A program made the translations under genes and the position numbers. A DNA stretch of 59,975 nucleotides, the filler included, from Deltaproteobacteria bacterium (lineage in GTDB: Bacteria; Myxococcota; JACRCW01), in the NCBI GenBank assembly GCA_016218805.1. It is 3 parts of 3 records of this genome, joined end to end, with 100 filler letters (N's around TTAATTAATTAA, not from the genome) between each part and the next. Parts side by side here need not be neighbours in the genome. Positions count along the whole stretch, not along the records: positions 52,253 to 59,975 come from JACRCW010000146.1; 2 more parts are not named here. One strand, written 5' to 3'. Below, piece after piece: positions 58,865 through 59,975 of the stretch. The notes beneath the pieces are model-generated. The model was not told the origin of the DNA. It worked only from the letters and a program-made list of their open reading frames with translations, and did not search any database. Position 1 is the first letter of the stretch, and the number at the start of each line of letters is the position of its first letter.

Positions 58865-58990
58865 GTTTCCAAGTGTAGTGATCCCACCGCCGTCCACCAG
58901 CCTGATCAGGGCGACCGGAAACCGGGCAGGCGCGACCGGAACCCGGACACCCCGTCACGGAATCTCCGCGTCCGGACGCGGCGGGTGGGG

Positions 58991-59006
58991 TGGTGTGGGC
59001 ATTGCA
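58991..59006 (+). promoter_or_regulatory. Possible sigma54 promoter upstream of radC
   Basis: TGGTGTGGGCATTGCA gives GG-N10-GC with TTGCA; the -24 box is degenerate. Confidence 0.3.
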
Positions 59007-59031
59007 ACCGCGGGTGGACCGGGAGGGTGGG

Positions 59032-59679
59032 ATGGAGACGGAAACAAGCGGAGCGGGGGGTGAGGCGGCGCGGCGGGCGTGGCTGGACGGGTTGGAGGGG
59101 CTGTCAGATGGCGAGCTGCTGGCGCTGCTGCTGGGGGACCGGCACGCCGCTGAACGGGCCGCCCGCGCGGACCTCACCACGCTGCGGCATTGCCGGGTGG
59201 GCGAGCTGGCGGGGCGGTTTGGCCTGGAGGAGGGGCACGCGCTGCGCCTGGCGGCGGCGCTGCGGCTGGGAGCGCGCGCGGTGGTGCCCGTCCCGCTGGC
59301 GCGGCTGCGGCTGGCGCACCCGGCGGACGTGGCCGCGGTGATGGCGCCGGAGATGGCCGGCCTGCCGCGCGAGCGCGTGGTGACGCTGGTGCTGGACCGG
59401 GGCTGCCGCCTGCTGTCCCGGCACGTGGTGGCGGAGGGGTGGCGGGAGGGTGCCCCGCTGGACCCGCGCGAGGTGTTCCGCCCCGCCGTTGTTGAGCGCG
59501 GGCACGCGGTGATTGTGGTGCACAACCATCCGTCCGGGAATCCGGAGCCGTCCGCCCAGGACCGCGAGGTCACGCGCCGGCTGGCCGCGGCGGGCCGGGC
59601 GCTGGGCACCCGGCTGGTGGACCACGTCATTGTGGCGGCGGGGGGGTGGGCCACGGCGGGGCCCGGGAACGCGGCGTGA
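59032..59679 (+). CDS. radC: RadC family JAB-domain protein
   Basis: LSDGELLALLL, PREVFR, HNHPSGNPEPS..D, LVDHVIV. Confidence 0.92.
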   Translation: METETSGAGGEAARRAWLDGLEGLSDGELLALLLGDRHAAERAARADLTTLRHCRVGELAGRFGLEEGHALRLAAALRLGARAVVPVPLARLRLAHPADVAAVMAPEMAGLPRERVVTLVLDRGCRLLSRHVVAEGWREGAPLDPREVFRPAVVERGHAVIVVHNHPSGNPEPSAQDREVTRRLAAAGRALGTRLVDHVIVAAGGWATAGPGNAA

Positions 59680-59823
59680 CGGGCGGGGCCCGCGCTGGCG
59701 GACAAGCCTCCGGCGCCGTGGCGTCGGCGGAGCTGGCTCTGGAAGGGTCCCCGGCCGTGTGGTAGTCCGCCGCGCCGGACGGGCCGTTGGCGGCTTCTCG
59801 CTGGCCCCACGACGAGGTGGAAC

Positions 59824-59975
59824 GTGAGTCGCAAGCCGGTGGTGCTCGTAACGGGGGCAAGCGGTGAGATGGGGCATTCGCTCATTGGCCGGCTGGCGGA
59901 CCGCAGCGGCATGGACGTGCTGGCCCTGGACATCAAGGAGCTGCCGGACGAGCTGGTGAAGCGCTGCCGCGCCAC
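59824..59975 (+). CDS. NAD-dependent epimerase/dehydratase N-terminus (truncated by window)
   Basis: GTG start after GAGG; VLVTGASGEMG Rossmann motif, VLALDI. Not in the ORF track. Confidence 0.75.
   Translation, partial: MSRKPVVLVTGASGEMGHSLIGRLADRSGMDVLALDIKELPDELVKRCRA

Overview
Very GC-rich bacterial DNA, most consistent with Myxococcota or a related deltaproteobacterial lineage (MYXO-CTERM-type protein, Wsp/Frz-like chemosensory operon, sigma54 motifs). The window is not contiguous: two N44-TTAATTAATTAA-N44 linkers (27905-28004, 52153-52252) join three contigs. Contig 1 holds the etfA 3' end, a Ser/Thr kinase, an apparently degenerate class III cyclase, an aldose epimerase, nrdJ-uppS-cdsA-DUF3052, a 7-gene chemosensory operon with a sigma54 promoter and palindromic enhancer candidate, addB-addA, an NTPase and a truncated radical SAM gene. 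Contig 2 holds a small protein/nucleotidyltransferase pair, pyrE-purM plus a PurN-PurH fusion, an E2-like acyltransferase, an O-methyltransferase, a VWA/Cys-rich surface protein, a PLP decarboxylase, an S55 peptidase, a THUMP methyltransferase, a class III aminotransferase, ndk, gltX, DJ-1/PfpI, RluA, a carboxylesterase and lolA. It also holds an accessory block in which an unassigned helical protein gene is followed directly by a bidirectional repeat array phased at 21 bp; this is the best candidate for an undescribed system. Contig 3 holds DUF1844, HtrA, Uma2, GT39, RluA, radC and a partial epimerase. I recognised no rRNA, tRNA, CRISPR array or transposase. All calls come from motif recognition by eye; no searches were run, and many start codons are my own choice.
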